Virus record (IMG/VR): IMGVR_UViG_3300020477_001008
Coordinates: 1-64,000 of that record
Reading direction: 5' to 3' (one strand)
Length of the DNA stretch: 64,000 nt
Shown here: positions 16,574 to 25,115 of the stretch, in pieces
How the letters are laid out: every line of letters starts with the position of its first letter
How positions within the stretch are numbered: position 1 is the stretch's first letter
Program-made: the position numbers and the translations under genes
The notes under the pieces: model-generated
Told to the model about the DNA's origin: nothing
Seen by the model: only the letters and a program-made list of their open reading frames with translations
The model's database searches: none

Positions 16574-17131
16574 ATGCCAAATTGGTGCAATAACAATATA
16601 ACAATAAGAGCCCCTAAAAAGAAACTAGATAAGATAGTTAAAGCGGCTAAAAACGGCGAGTTGCTAAATCATTTTTTACCAATGCCTAAAGTATTAGACG
16701 GCACAACAGCCGATGGTTCTAAAGACAAAGCAATGATAAAGAAGACAGGCTACTCAGACTGGTATAGTTGGAGAGTTGATAATTGGGGAACTAAATGGGA
16801 CATAGATATCTATGAAGGTTCTATTAGTAGAGTAGATGACGAAACGGTGCAGTTTGGTTTTGACTCTGCTTGGGCTCCACCCATTGATGCCTACAAGGCA
16901 GTTCAAGATAAACATCAAGACATTTCAATCACGGCTTACTATTACGAACCAGGAATGGACTTTGCTGGAGAGTATGCAGACGGTGTGATAAGTGAAGTTA
17001 ATGTGTCAGATGAAAAGGATTCTTACTTTGAAGATACCGCACTAGGTAAAGAGTTAGATGCTTACTACGGTATATTAGAATCTAGAGCTGAATGGGAAGC
17101 ACAAAGAAATGCGGAGGTTCATAGTGCCTGA
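16574..17131 (+). CDS. DUF1281/YubB-like ferredoxin-fold protein
   Basis: MPNWCNN, WYSWRVDNWGTKWD, FDSAWAPP, YYEPG; SD GAGGAG. Confidence 0.8.
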   Translation: MPNWCNNNITIRAPKKKLDKIVKAAKNGELLNHFLPMPKVLDGTTADGSKDKAMIKKTGYSDWYSWRVDNWGTKWDIDIYEGSISRVDDETVQFGFDSAWAPPIDAYKAVQDKHQDISITAYYYEPGMDFAGEYADGVISEVNVSDEKDSYFEDTALGKELDAYYGILESRAEWEAQRNAEVHSA

Positions 17132-17492
17132 TAATCTACCAACTGATAAAAAAGATTGTAGAGAACAAGAAGAAGTGATCGTTGATAAGGACGGTCACTT
17201 TTTAAGTCACTATGTTTTAGCAGAAAGATTACTACAAGTTGAGTATGCTCAAATTAGAGATGAGATACGCCACGAAGCAACAAGTGATACTTTAACATAT
17301 ATCCTTGAAGGTGGCTTTAGAGGTTTTCACAAATTTACTAAACAGCAACAAAGAGATGAATGGCTTGATGGTGCAGAAGAGAAATGGTTTCACTTGTACG
17401 AAACAGGAGAACTACCTTGGGAACCATATGAAGAAGATCCTATTGCTATTAGAGACCACGCAAAGCGAAAGGAGAACAATGCCACTATTTAA
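17124..17492 (+). CDS. Hypothetical early protein
   Basis: GTG start after GGAGG. Confidence 0.6.
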   Translation: MPDNLPTDKKDCREQEEVIVDKDGHFLSHYVLAERLLQVEYAQIRDEIRHEATSDTLTYILEGGFRGFHKFTKQQQRDEWLDGAEEKWFHLYETGELPWEPYEEDPIAIRDHAKRKENNATI

Positions 17493-17670
17493 ATTATTCG
17501 CAGATGTAGACTCAGTTGTTGAAGAAGCAGAACATCTTGAACAAATATTCAAAGATGGTATCGAAGCAGAAAACGATGATGAGGCTTATAAGATAGTTGA
17601 GAAGAAAGTAAAAGAGTTAAACTTTGGTGGACCTTACTACACTTTAAGTGATCAATGGGAGGACGACTAA
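17479..17670 (+). CDS. Hypothetical early protein (start MPLFKL)
   Basis: SD AGGAG. Confidence 0.6.
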   Translation: MPLFKLFADVDSVVEEAEHLEQIFKDGIEAENDDEAYKIVEKKVKELNFGGPYYTLSDQWEDD

Positions 17671-18218
17671 TGGAATTTTTACCTAGAGAAGAAGACAACA
17701 GATTAGATGATAGAACAGCAAGGTTCCACGCAAGAGTAATGAAAGAAGACCTTGCAACATTACCTTATGTTCCTACAACAGCAAACAGAGACATCAACAT
17801 AGCAAGAGCTCAAAACTATGTGACTTGGGACTATGATAAAGATATGTGGTGTTCGGTAGATCATTTAATGATGAACTTTTATATTAAAGCAACAACAGAT
17901 CAATCAAGAGAAGTATTAGAAGATATGATTAATAGAGATGTTGTTAGATTGATTAAAGGTCCTAGATATTATCAACAAGCAAAAGTATATTCTTTTATTG
18001 ATATGGATTATCCAGAAGATGAATCAATATATGATTTAGTCAAGAAGCCTAAGAAAGATAGAAAGGCACACAGCATTACTGGCGACGAAGGAGAGATTAC
18101 TTACTTTGTCACACTACACATTCAGGAATGTAATAACTTAGACCTTAGAGTTTATGATGAAGAAGGTCGTGGAGATTATTTTGACTTACACGGAACTAAC
18201 CTAGAGGAGGTAGCATAA
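17670..18218 (+). CDS. Hypothetical early protein (ends -VA)
   Basis: TAATG coupling, SD GGAGG. Confidence 0.7.
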   Translation: MEFLPREEDNRLDDRTARFHARVMKEDLATLPYVPTTANRDINIARAQNYVTWDYDKDMWCSVDHLMMNFYIKATTDQSREVLEDMINRDVVRLIKGPRYYQQAKVYSFIDMDYPEDESIYDLVKKPKKDRKAHSITGDEGEITYFVTLHIQECNNLDLRVYDEEGRGDYFDLHGTNLEEVA

Positions 18219-18466
18219 TGGCTTGGAGCCAAGAAGAAGAACACGAACATCTTAAATCACCTTACACGAAATATAGTATAGGTTTAGAATATACGGTATG
18301 GGTTGATGTAGATGCCAAAGATGAAAGCGAAGCAATAGATAAGGCCTGCAACGCAAATTATAGTTTGAATGTTTATATAGGTAAGAACCATCCTAGAGTA
18401 GCAGTTAGTACACACGCAGAACTAAATGAATATTCAGACCCAAAAGTATGGTGCGAAAATGACTAA
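18218..18466 (+). CDS. Hypothetical early protein (VxAxxxxEA motif)
   Basis: SD GAGGAGG. Confidence 0.65.
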   Translation: MAWSQEEEHEHLKSPYTKYSIGLEYTVWVDVDAKDESEAIDKACNANYSLNVYIGKNHPRVAVSTHAELNEYSDPKVWCEND

Positions 18467-18701
18467 AAAGAAATTAGATATGAAAGCAGTAAAGAAGGAG
18501 TTAGATAAGATGTTTGATGATTATGATTTAAGCAAAAAAGGTAGCGGAGCACCTAAAGGATCTAGATATATTGAAGTTGTAGTAGGTTTGCACATAGATG
18601 AAAACGCAGACCCCAGCGAGATCATTGAGAATGTTGATTATGATTTCAAGCACAAACACATAAAGGATATGTCGATACAAGATGTATTAACAGAGTTCTA
18701 G
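18459..18701 (+). CDS. Hypothetical early protein
   Basis: Overlaps upstream stop. Confidence 0.6.
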   Translation: MTKKKLDMKAVKKELDKMFDDYDLSKKGSGAPKGSRYIEVVVGLHIDENADPSEIIENVDYDFKHKHIKDMSIQDVLTEF

Positions 18702-18772
18702 TAAGGCACTAGATATAGTAGGTTGACAAATATTCAACTTATGTTAGTATTAAGAATAAGGAGAAGTTGCAA

Positions 18773-19156
18773 ATGACAAAAGAAATATATAACAAAGACA
18801 ATCCACACCAGGATATAGGTAAATCAAAATACAGAGTTAGAAGACATTACACTTGTTGGGTAGAATACGATGTAGTTGCTAATTCAAAAGAAGAAGCGGA
18901 AGATGCCGTTTTAGAACAAGGTGGCATTAACAAGATCGATTGGGAAGAAGGTTATCATAAAGATGAACCTGTAGAAGTTTATGCTAACGATTACAATTGG
19001 TCAGATTGTGATGATAGAGATTACGAAAAATACAGAGGACCATTAACAAACAAAGTTGCTGAATGTATTCCATACGAAGATAGTGATAGTATAGACTATC
19101 AAGATCCAGATTGGTCTACAGACGATTATGAATGGAAGAAAGAAGAAATAGCATAA
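18773..19156 (+). CDS. Hypothetical acidic early protein (VxAxSxEEA motif)
   Basis: Own promoter; SD AGGAG. Confidence 0.7.
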   Translation: MTKEIYNKDNPHQDIGKSKYRVRRHYTCWVEYDVVANSKEEAEDAVLEQGGINKIDWEEGYHKDEPVEVYANDYNWSDCDDRDYEKYRGPLTNKVAECIPYEDSDSIDYQDPDWSTDDYEWKKEEIA

Positions 19157-19281
19157 TGGCAAAACTTACTAAAAAAGAAAAGAAAGAATTATTAAAAGAG
19201 TTCTTACATTTCTGGCCACTATCAATAGTTGTCCCGGCTATGTTATTATTAATATTGTTTGGACCTTATATTGTAGGTTGA
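19156..19281 (+). CDS. Membrane microprotein (41 aa, MAKLTKKEKKELLKEFLHFWPLSIVVPAMLLLILFGPYIVG)
   Basis: TAATG coupling; hand translation. Confidence 0.55.
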   Translation: MAKLTKKEKKELLKEFLHFWPLSIVVPAMLLLILFGPYIVG

Positions 19282-19326
19282 CAGATCTAAGAACTATGTT
19301 AATATAAAGAATAACAAAAAGAAGAG

Positions 19327-20370
19327 GTGCAAATGCAAAAAAACGCAATCAAGATAAGAACAGGTATATTTGATAATCAACCTGTGCAAGATATCACTTT
19401 TAATTTAATAAAAGACTTCGAGCCTTATAAGACAGGCGGTGGCTTTTATTTGGTGGATGGGAAAACGGCAAGTGAAGGAGACTATCCTACTAGACCAATT
19501 AGAGTGAAAGTTAAAGATCCAGCTCACGCAGAGTACATAGCAGTAGAGCAACCTTTAACAAAAAAGAAAGTTGTTAAGAAGCCAACTGAAACTGATGAAC
19601 AAGCAATTGAAAGAATCAGAGAAAGGTTTGATATCTTAACTGAAATGGTAGAAGCAACACAAGAAGGAGTTGTCCGTGCAATGATAGTATCGGGACCTCC
19701 AGGTGTTGGTAAGTCATATGGTGTTGAAGCACAATTAAACAAGTCAGACATCTTTAATAAAATAGCAGACGAGAAGCCTAGGTTCGAAGTTGTTCGAGGG
19801 GCTATGTCCGCAATTGGTTTATACCAAAAACTATTCAAGTTCAGTAATGCAGGAAACATTCTTGTATTAGATGATTGTGATAGTATTTTATTTGATGATG
19901 TAGCACTTAACATCTTAAAGGCCGCACTAGACTCTAGTAAGAAAAGATATATCAGTTGGAATACTGAATCAAGAGTTCTTGCTAACGAAGGTGTTCCAGA
20001 TAGATTTGAATTTAGAGGATCAGTAATAATGATCACTAACATTAAATTTGATTATGTTAGATCTAAAAAATTACAAGATCACTTAAATGCAATTATGTCT
20101 AGATGTCACTACTTGGATCTTACAATGGATACAATTAGAGATAGAATGTTAAGATGTAAGCAGGTCCTTGCAGATGGAGAGATGTTAGCAGATTATATGT
20201 TCTCCAAAGAAAAGGAAAAAGAATTGATGGACTTTATGTGGGAATATAAAGAACATCTAAACGAGATTTCATTAAGGATGATCACTAAAATAGCCGACCT
20301 GGCAAAGATGTCAGATGATTGGAAGAAGTTAGCGAGAGTCACTTGTATGAAAAGGAGTTCCGCAGTATAG
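19327..20370 (+). CDS. AAA+ family ATPase
   Basis: Walker A GPPGVGKS, Walker B ILVLDD, ITN sensor-1, SR arginine finger. Confidence 0.9.
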   Translation: MQMQKNAIKIRTGIFDNQPVQDITFNLIKDFEPYKTGGGFYLVDGKTASEGDYPTRPIRVKVKDPAHAEYIAVEQPLTKKKVVKKPTETDEQAIERIRERFDILTEMVEATQEGVVRAMIVSGPPGVGKSYGVEAQLNKSDIFNKIADEKPRFEVVRGAMSAIGLYQKLFKFSNAGNILVLDDCDSILFDDVALNILKAALDSSKKRYISWNTESRVLANEGVPDRFEFRGSVIMITNIKFDYVRSKKLQDHLNAIMSRCHYLDLTMDTIRDRMLRCKQVLADGEMLADYMFSKEKEKELMDFMWEYKEHLNEISLRMITKIADLAKMSDDWKKLARVTCMKRSSAV

Positions 20371-20425
20371 CGGAATAGAGACTTAGGTTATTCACTTGCA
20401 ACCTCTCTTACCTAAGTCTTGACAC

Positions 20426-20453
20426 GGGGGTGGGCGTAAAAACCCACCCTTTT
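20426..20453 (+). terminator. Rho-independent terminator
   Basis: GGGTGGG/CCCACCC followed by TTTT. Confidence 0.75.
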
Positions 20454-20521
20454 ACTACGAATATAAGAGGTTGACGTATTTCAAATCCAATGTATATTAG
20501 TACTATAAAGGGAGGCAAACT

Positions 20522-20890
20522 ATGTCAAAAGAAGTTAAACAATTTACAACAGCAAAGATGAATCCAGCAGAAATCTTTGGTAATGCGTGTCTAAAGGCGA
20601 GATATGCTGTAGATGAATTTACAGCTAAACACGGTGAACCAATGTACTGTGGATTTGCTAACATTTCAATTCATCCTGCAAGAGGACCTTTTGTTTCTTG
20701 GTGCAAGAAGATGAATATTGGTAGCAATGGTTATGGTGGCGGTTGGAGAATTTCATATTATGATTTTATGAATGATCACCAATACAAACATACACAATCA
20801 ATGGATATAAAAGAAGTGGCTATGAACGCCGTTTCTTCGTACTTTGAAAGCTTAGGAATTACTGCCTATGCAGAAAGTAGGGCAGATTAA
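20522..20890 (+). CDS. Phage early protein (CGFA motif)
   Basis: Own promoter, SD GGAGG. Confidence 0.75.
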   Translation: MSKEVKQFTTAKMNPAEIFGNACLKARYAVDEFTAKHGEPMYCGFANISIHPARGPFVSWCKKMNIGSNGYGGGWRISYYDFMNDHQYKHTQSMDIKEVAMNAVSSYFESLGITAYAESRAD

Positions 20891-20970
20891 TTAGTAAAAC
20901 TGGCATAAAATAGGGGGTTGACATAATCCCCTTTTATGTTATTATGATTATATAAAGAGAGAGAGGTTAT

Positions 20971-21183
20971 ATGAAAAAAATAAGTAGAAACTTTTTTAAC
21001 ACATTAGCAACAATATTGATTGCAGTTGGTATTATTATGATTGCAGGTAGCGGTAATGATTGTGATGGTAAGTGTGTTGAGACAGCAAACACAATTAGCG
21101 AAATGTTAATGTATGCAGGAATAGGTTTAAGTTTTTTTATTACTGGTGCATTAGTTTTAATTAGTAATAGAGACGAGGCGTAA
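20971..21183 (+). CDS. Two-TM membrane protein
   Basis: Two hydrophobic helices flanking a CDGKC loop. Confidence 0.7.
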   Translation: MKKISRNFFNTLATILIAVGIIMIAGSGNDCDGKCVETANTISEMLMYAGIGLSFFITGALVLISNRDEA

Positions 21184-21833
21184 TGAAGAAACTTGTAATA
21201 TACTTTTTTTTAATTTATTTGTTCGCTTGGAAGTTAGTTGGTTATGCAGAAGCAAAAGACAAATACGATGAAGTTATTTTTACAGAACAAGCACAATTAA
21301 TTTTTGATACTACTTTACACGATTGGAAAGAGCACTATACAGATATCAATGAAGATCAAGTTAGATGTATGGCACAGAACATTTACTTTGAAGCAAGAGC
21401 AGAAAGTATGTTAGGTAAGACAGCAGTTGGCTTTGTGACTATTAATAGAGTTAATGATGATAGATGGCCTAACACCATTTGTAAAGTTGTTCATCAAGGA
21501 CCGCACAGAGAAAGTTGGAAAACTAAACAAGATGAGACACTAGCAGATGAAGATAGAATTTATTATCCTAGAAAGCACAGATGTCAATTCAGTTGGTATT
21601 GTGATGGTAAGAAAGATATTATTTGGGCAAACTATTCAGACGGTAGAACAATAGAACAGAATGCTAGAGCTTGGTTTGATAGTATAGTGATTGCACTAGC
21701 AGTTATGACTGGGCACGTCAACGATAACACAGACGGCAGTTTATACTATTACAATCATCACCTAGTATATCCTACTTGGGCTGATACACAAGAACTAAAA
21801 GTGATTATAGGTAATCACACATTTATGAGGTAA
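21183..21833 (+). CDS. SleB-like cell wall hydrolase (Hydrolase_2)
   Basis: NIYFEARAE, NRV...WPNTICKVV, CQFSWYCDG, IGNHTF; signal peptide. Confidence 0.9.
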   Translation: MKKLVIYFFLIYLFAWKLVGYAEAKDKYDEVIFTEQAQLIFDTTLHDWKEHYTDINEDQVRCMAQNIYFEARAESMLGKTAVGFVTINRVNDDRWPNTICKVVHQGPHRESWKTKQDETLADEDRIYYPRKHRCQFSWYCDGKKDIIWANYSDGRTIEQNARAWFDSIVIALAVMTGHVNDNTDGSLYYYNHHLVYPTWADTQELKVIIGNHTFMR

Positions 21834-22004
21834 TATGGATAGCGATTTATTTCAATATATACAGAAACTACAAGCAGAAAACAAGGCTTTAAAACTACAG
21901 GTTGCAGAAGAAACCAAAGAAAAGTACCAATTATATAACAGAATTAAGCACTTGACAGAATCCAAAAATAGTGTACATTTAAACAATAAAGAGAGGTAAA
22001 CTAT

Positions 22005-22985
22005 ATGGAGAAATTTACAACAAGACTTACAATAGCAATAATGGCGCTGATGGTTATGTTATCAATTTCAAATCAGGCTAAAGCAGGTTGGTATGATACC
22101 GCTAGTAAAGATCACAAGAAGTGGGCTAAAGAATTTTATCAAGTAAAAGACAAAGACAAATATACTAATGTTCACGAAACATTATTATCAGATGATATCA
22201 AACTAAAGTTTGGTTATATTAAATTTCCTGGAATCGAAATGAAGAGTTCTTTAAAGTCTGGTAAGAATAACTTTGCAGAAGTAATTGGTGCACAAGAGAT
22301 TGCTTACAATGGAGAAACATTTCATTCTATTATAGTTGACCATAGTAAATGCTACAAAGGTGAATGGGGTAATGACTGTGGTTCAAGTGGTGGTAGCAGT
22401 AGATCAGAATTAAAAGCAAAAGGTTATACATTTAACGAAGGCACAGAGAAATGGATTAACTATGCGGTACTGCCTGCAAACAATATTTTATTTGATGGTA
22501 GAAGCAGAACATTCACAGTTGGACAATGTCATCCACAAGATGATGACGGTGAAAGAATTACTTGGATGATCAAGTTCAGAGACAATACATTAGAATTAAA
22601 TCATAACTTCAAAAGCACACAACAAAATGATGGTACTTGGAAAAGAGGTTATGAAGTGTTTAGAACATTAAAGACATTTTCAGCTAATGAAAACAATGGT
22701 AGCTTTGATTGGACTAACATCAGAATCAACTTTAAGAATAGCAAGAAGGCAGATGGTAAATTACACATTTGGATAGATGGCAAACTGGCTTATGAATACA
22801 CAGGTCCTACTAACTGGAACGATGGTAAAAGAGACAAATGTCAGTTTAAATTTGGTTTATACACTAATGGTAATTTGACATCACCCTACAAAGAGCATAT
22901 GGAGAATATGACAGTATTTGTAGACTATATGGCTATTGCTAAAACAGAAGCAAAATTAGAGAAATTGCTTAAGAAAGACAAGTAA
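22005..22985 (+). CDS. Secreted polysaccharide lyase-like (concanavalin/jelly-roll) protein
   Basis: Signal peptide; RSEL, GQCH, GKLHIWIDGK, FKFGLY. Confidence 0.7.
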   Translation: MEKFTTRLTIAIMALMVMLSISNQAKAGWYDTASKDHKKWAKEFYQVKDKDKYTNVHETLLSDDIKLKFGYIKFPGIEMKSSLKSGKNNFAEVIGAQEIAYNGETFHSIIVDHSKCYKGEWGNDCGSSGGSSRSELKAKGYTFNEGTEKWINYAVLPANNILFDGRSRTFTVGQCHPQDDDGERITWMIKFRDNTLELNHNFKSTQQNDGTWKRGYEVFRTLKTFSANENNGSFDWTNIRINFKNSKKADGKLHIWIDGKLAYEYTGPTNWNDGKRDKCQFKFGLYTNGNLTSPYKEHMENMTVFVDYMAIAKTEAKLEKLLKKDK

Positions 22986-23053
22986 AATAGGGGATTGACA
23001 AAATGGGTAAATGTGTTAATATTAATAATATGCAAACAACAACAGAGGAGAAA

Positions 23054-23563
23054 ATGAATATAAAAGACTATATTTCAATTTCGATTATTGCTTTGGCTTT
23101 TATGCTTATCACTGGGATAGCAAAAGCTGAAGAGTTCAAAACAATATCAGGTTCTGTTGTAGGCGTTGAGGCTATATACGAAACCAAAAACATCCACGAG
23201 CCGCACGAACATTGTACGATACAGGAAGTTCCTATATACGGACAAGACCAAGGTGCGAATATCGTAGGTGCTATTATCGGTGGCTACATAGGTAGCAAGA
23301 TCGGTGGTGGTAAAGGTAATGATATAGCAATAGGTACAGGTGCAGTTATTGGTTCACAAATAGGCAACAAAAAGATAGTTGGCTACAAACAGGTTAGAAC
23401 TTGTGAAACAACCTACACTACCAGCTTACAAAAGGTTTTGAACTATTACATAATATCGTGGAAATCAAACGATGGTATGTTTAGCGGTAAAGCGAAAAGC
23501 ACAAAGCATTGGACTACTGGAGATCACATCAAAGTTAGACTGATAGCTCAACCAGTATTATAG
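23054..23563 (+). CDS. Glycine-zipper 2TM (YcfJ-like) exported protein
   Basis: GAIIGGYIGSKIGGGKG..AIGTGAVIGSQIG; SD GAGGAG. Confidence 0.85.
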   Translation: MNIKDYISISIIALAFMLITGIAKAEEFKTISGSVVGVEAIYETKNIHEPHEHCTIQEVPIYGQDQGANIVGAIIGGYIGSKIGGGKGNDIAIGTGAVIGSQIGNKKIVGYKQVRTCETTYTTSLQKVLNYYIISWKSNDGMFSGKAKSTKHWTTGDHIKVRLIAQPVL

Positions 23564-23584
23564 AACAACCATAACTTGCAACCA

Positions 23585-23613
23585 AGGGCGGGCCTTAAAA
23601 TCCGCCCTTTTTT
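23585..23613 (+). terminator. Rho-independent terminator
   Basis: AAGGGCGG/CCGCCCTT followed by T-run. Confidence 0.8.
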
Positions 23614-23652
23614 AATGGTTGACGGATAGCCAATTTCTGCTATTATAACACT

Positions 23653-23943
23653 ATGAACAGAGGAGCAATTATGCAAAAAGAAATGTTAAAAGGCCAAGGT
23701 GCTAATCCACTACCATTTGATTGTGTAGTATTGGATAGACCTGAAACGATCAAGAACCCATATAGCGGCGAGTCAGTAGAACTACAACCAGATGCAGTAG
23801 CAGTATATGATTGTATCAAAGGTGCTGAACTATTAGCACAAGGTATAGACGATGGCGGACATCCGTTATGGTGCAAGGTTAGAGAAGGCCTAGATTGGTT
23901 TAGACAATACTATGCCAAAGAGTATATGGTATTGTTAGATTGA
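23653..23943 (+). CDS. Hypothetical early protein (start may be 23671)
   Basis: Own promoter; SD GAGGAG. Confidence 0.7.
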   Translation: MNRGAIMQKEMLKGQGANPLPFDCVVLDRPETIKNPYSGESVELQPDAVAVYDCIKGAELLAQGIDDGGHPLWCKVREGLDWFRQYYAKEYMVLLD

Positions 23944-24056
23944 TTAAAAAGATCATTAAACTGGTAGCCAGTTACTATGCAGGATACATAGGTGGCTGGT
24001 TGCTAGTGTTTACCCTACTAGCGATTGCAGGTGCAATAATCTGTATCACTTGCTAG
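23940..24056 (+). CDS. Membrane microprotein, paralog C (MIKKIIKLVASYYAGYIGGWLLVFTLLAIAGAIICITC)
   Basis: TTGA overlap; aligns with paralog A. Confidence 0.6.
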   Translation: MIKKIIKLVASYYAGYIGGWLLVFTLLAIAGAIICITC

Positions 24057-24129
24057 ACTTTTCAAAATAAAAAAAAGAAAAAAATATTTTTCGACCTCGA
24101 CCGTGTATATGCGTCTGGGGTCGGAAACC

Positions 24130-24507
24130 TGAGAATGGGGCTAACGATTGCTAATAAAAAAAGTGGGCTATTATATAGGCGGCGAGATAAAAAGGGCTAT
24201 ATGCAATAGAGGTAAAAGCGAATGCTTTTTAAACTAAAGCACTTGCTTTGGTTTAGACTAGGAAAACAAATGTGGTTGAGGAAACTTGGTTGCTAAAAAA
24301 ATTACGCAGTAAAATTTTATGGGCTAGTGTATAGGCGACGGACTTATATGCATAGCTGATATGGTTAGGTATGCAAAACTAACATAACGGACTTATATGC
24401 AGTTAAAACGTACTTTAATACATTAGAAGCACTTTGATACTACTGAATATGGTTATGACGCTTAAACAGAAGGATATGCACGTTTAAAGGCGGTATTTAC
24501 AACGTAC
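24130..24507 (+). other. Second TC/CC-free tract (apparently non-coding)
   Basis: All Cs (about 48 by hand count) preceded by a purine; repeats (CGGACT)TATATGCA. Confidence 0.85.
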
Positions 24508-24946
24508 CTACCATTAGATCCTGTGGATAGTAAAAAGAACCCTAGAGCATAAGAATACTGTGGATCTCTCGGGCTAGTCAACACTTGAGCGAAGCGAATG
24601 CTTATAAGGGTTATTCAATATAACCACTGTGTCTACTGTATACCACTAGTTGTGAAAAGTTCAGCCCACCCAATTCCAAGGATCACTATAACGTTCCAAT
24701 TCACTTTTATATGGCTTTGCACTCAAACGTAGTACTATTACAAAACCAATAATAAGGATATAAAGCGTCATATAAAGTATATATGATTAACCAGGGTTAG
24801 AACACCTTTAGCTACTGTCAGAACGGTGGATTGTTCCTAGAGCTGAAAGCGAAAGGCTGACCGTACTATTAAGTGGTAGTTAACTAGCTTGAAAAATCGT
24901 TCGTACACATAAAAATTAATACTAATACATCTCTATTAAAATATAA

Positions 24947-25115
24947 CACATACACATATTAGTAAAAATATATCGCGGCATACACATACAGCAAATAATA
25001 AAAAACACATACGCCAAAATTTTTAAACGCATACACACCTCTAAAATAAAAAATCGCATACAAACCTATGTAAAAATACACATACACATACATAAAAAAA
25101 TAGGACGCATACACA
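24947..25115 (+). repeat. Iteron-like (C/G)CATAC repeats separated by A-tracts
   Basis: CATAC at 24949, 24979/85, 25008, 25030, 25057, 25081/87, 25108. Confidence 0.75.

Larger units (their letters stand above)
14410..23646 (+). promoter_or_regulatory. Array of early promoters TTGAC(A/G)-N16-TAnnnT
   Basis: -35 at 14410, 14891, 15404, 16095, 16521, 18723, 19278, 20471, 20918, 21952, 22995, 23619; all have a 16-nt spacer, most have extended -10 TG. Confidence 0.8.

Noticed and set aside
19524-20042. Long antisense ORFs (also 2828, 33621, 44280, 52436, 56854, 63477 and others)
   Set aside because: Opposite well-supported genes, with no motifs or SD.
24893-25102. Mirror-image GA/GG-free tract on the + strand
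   Set aside because: Too few Gs to be significant, and one GG is present at 24977.
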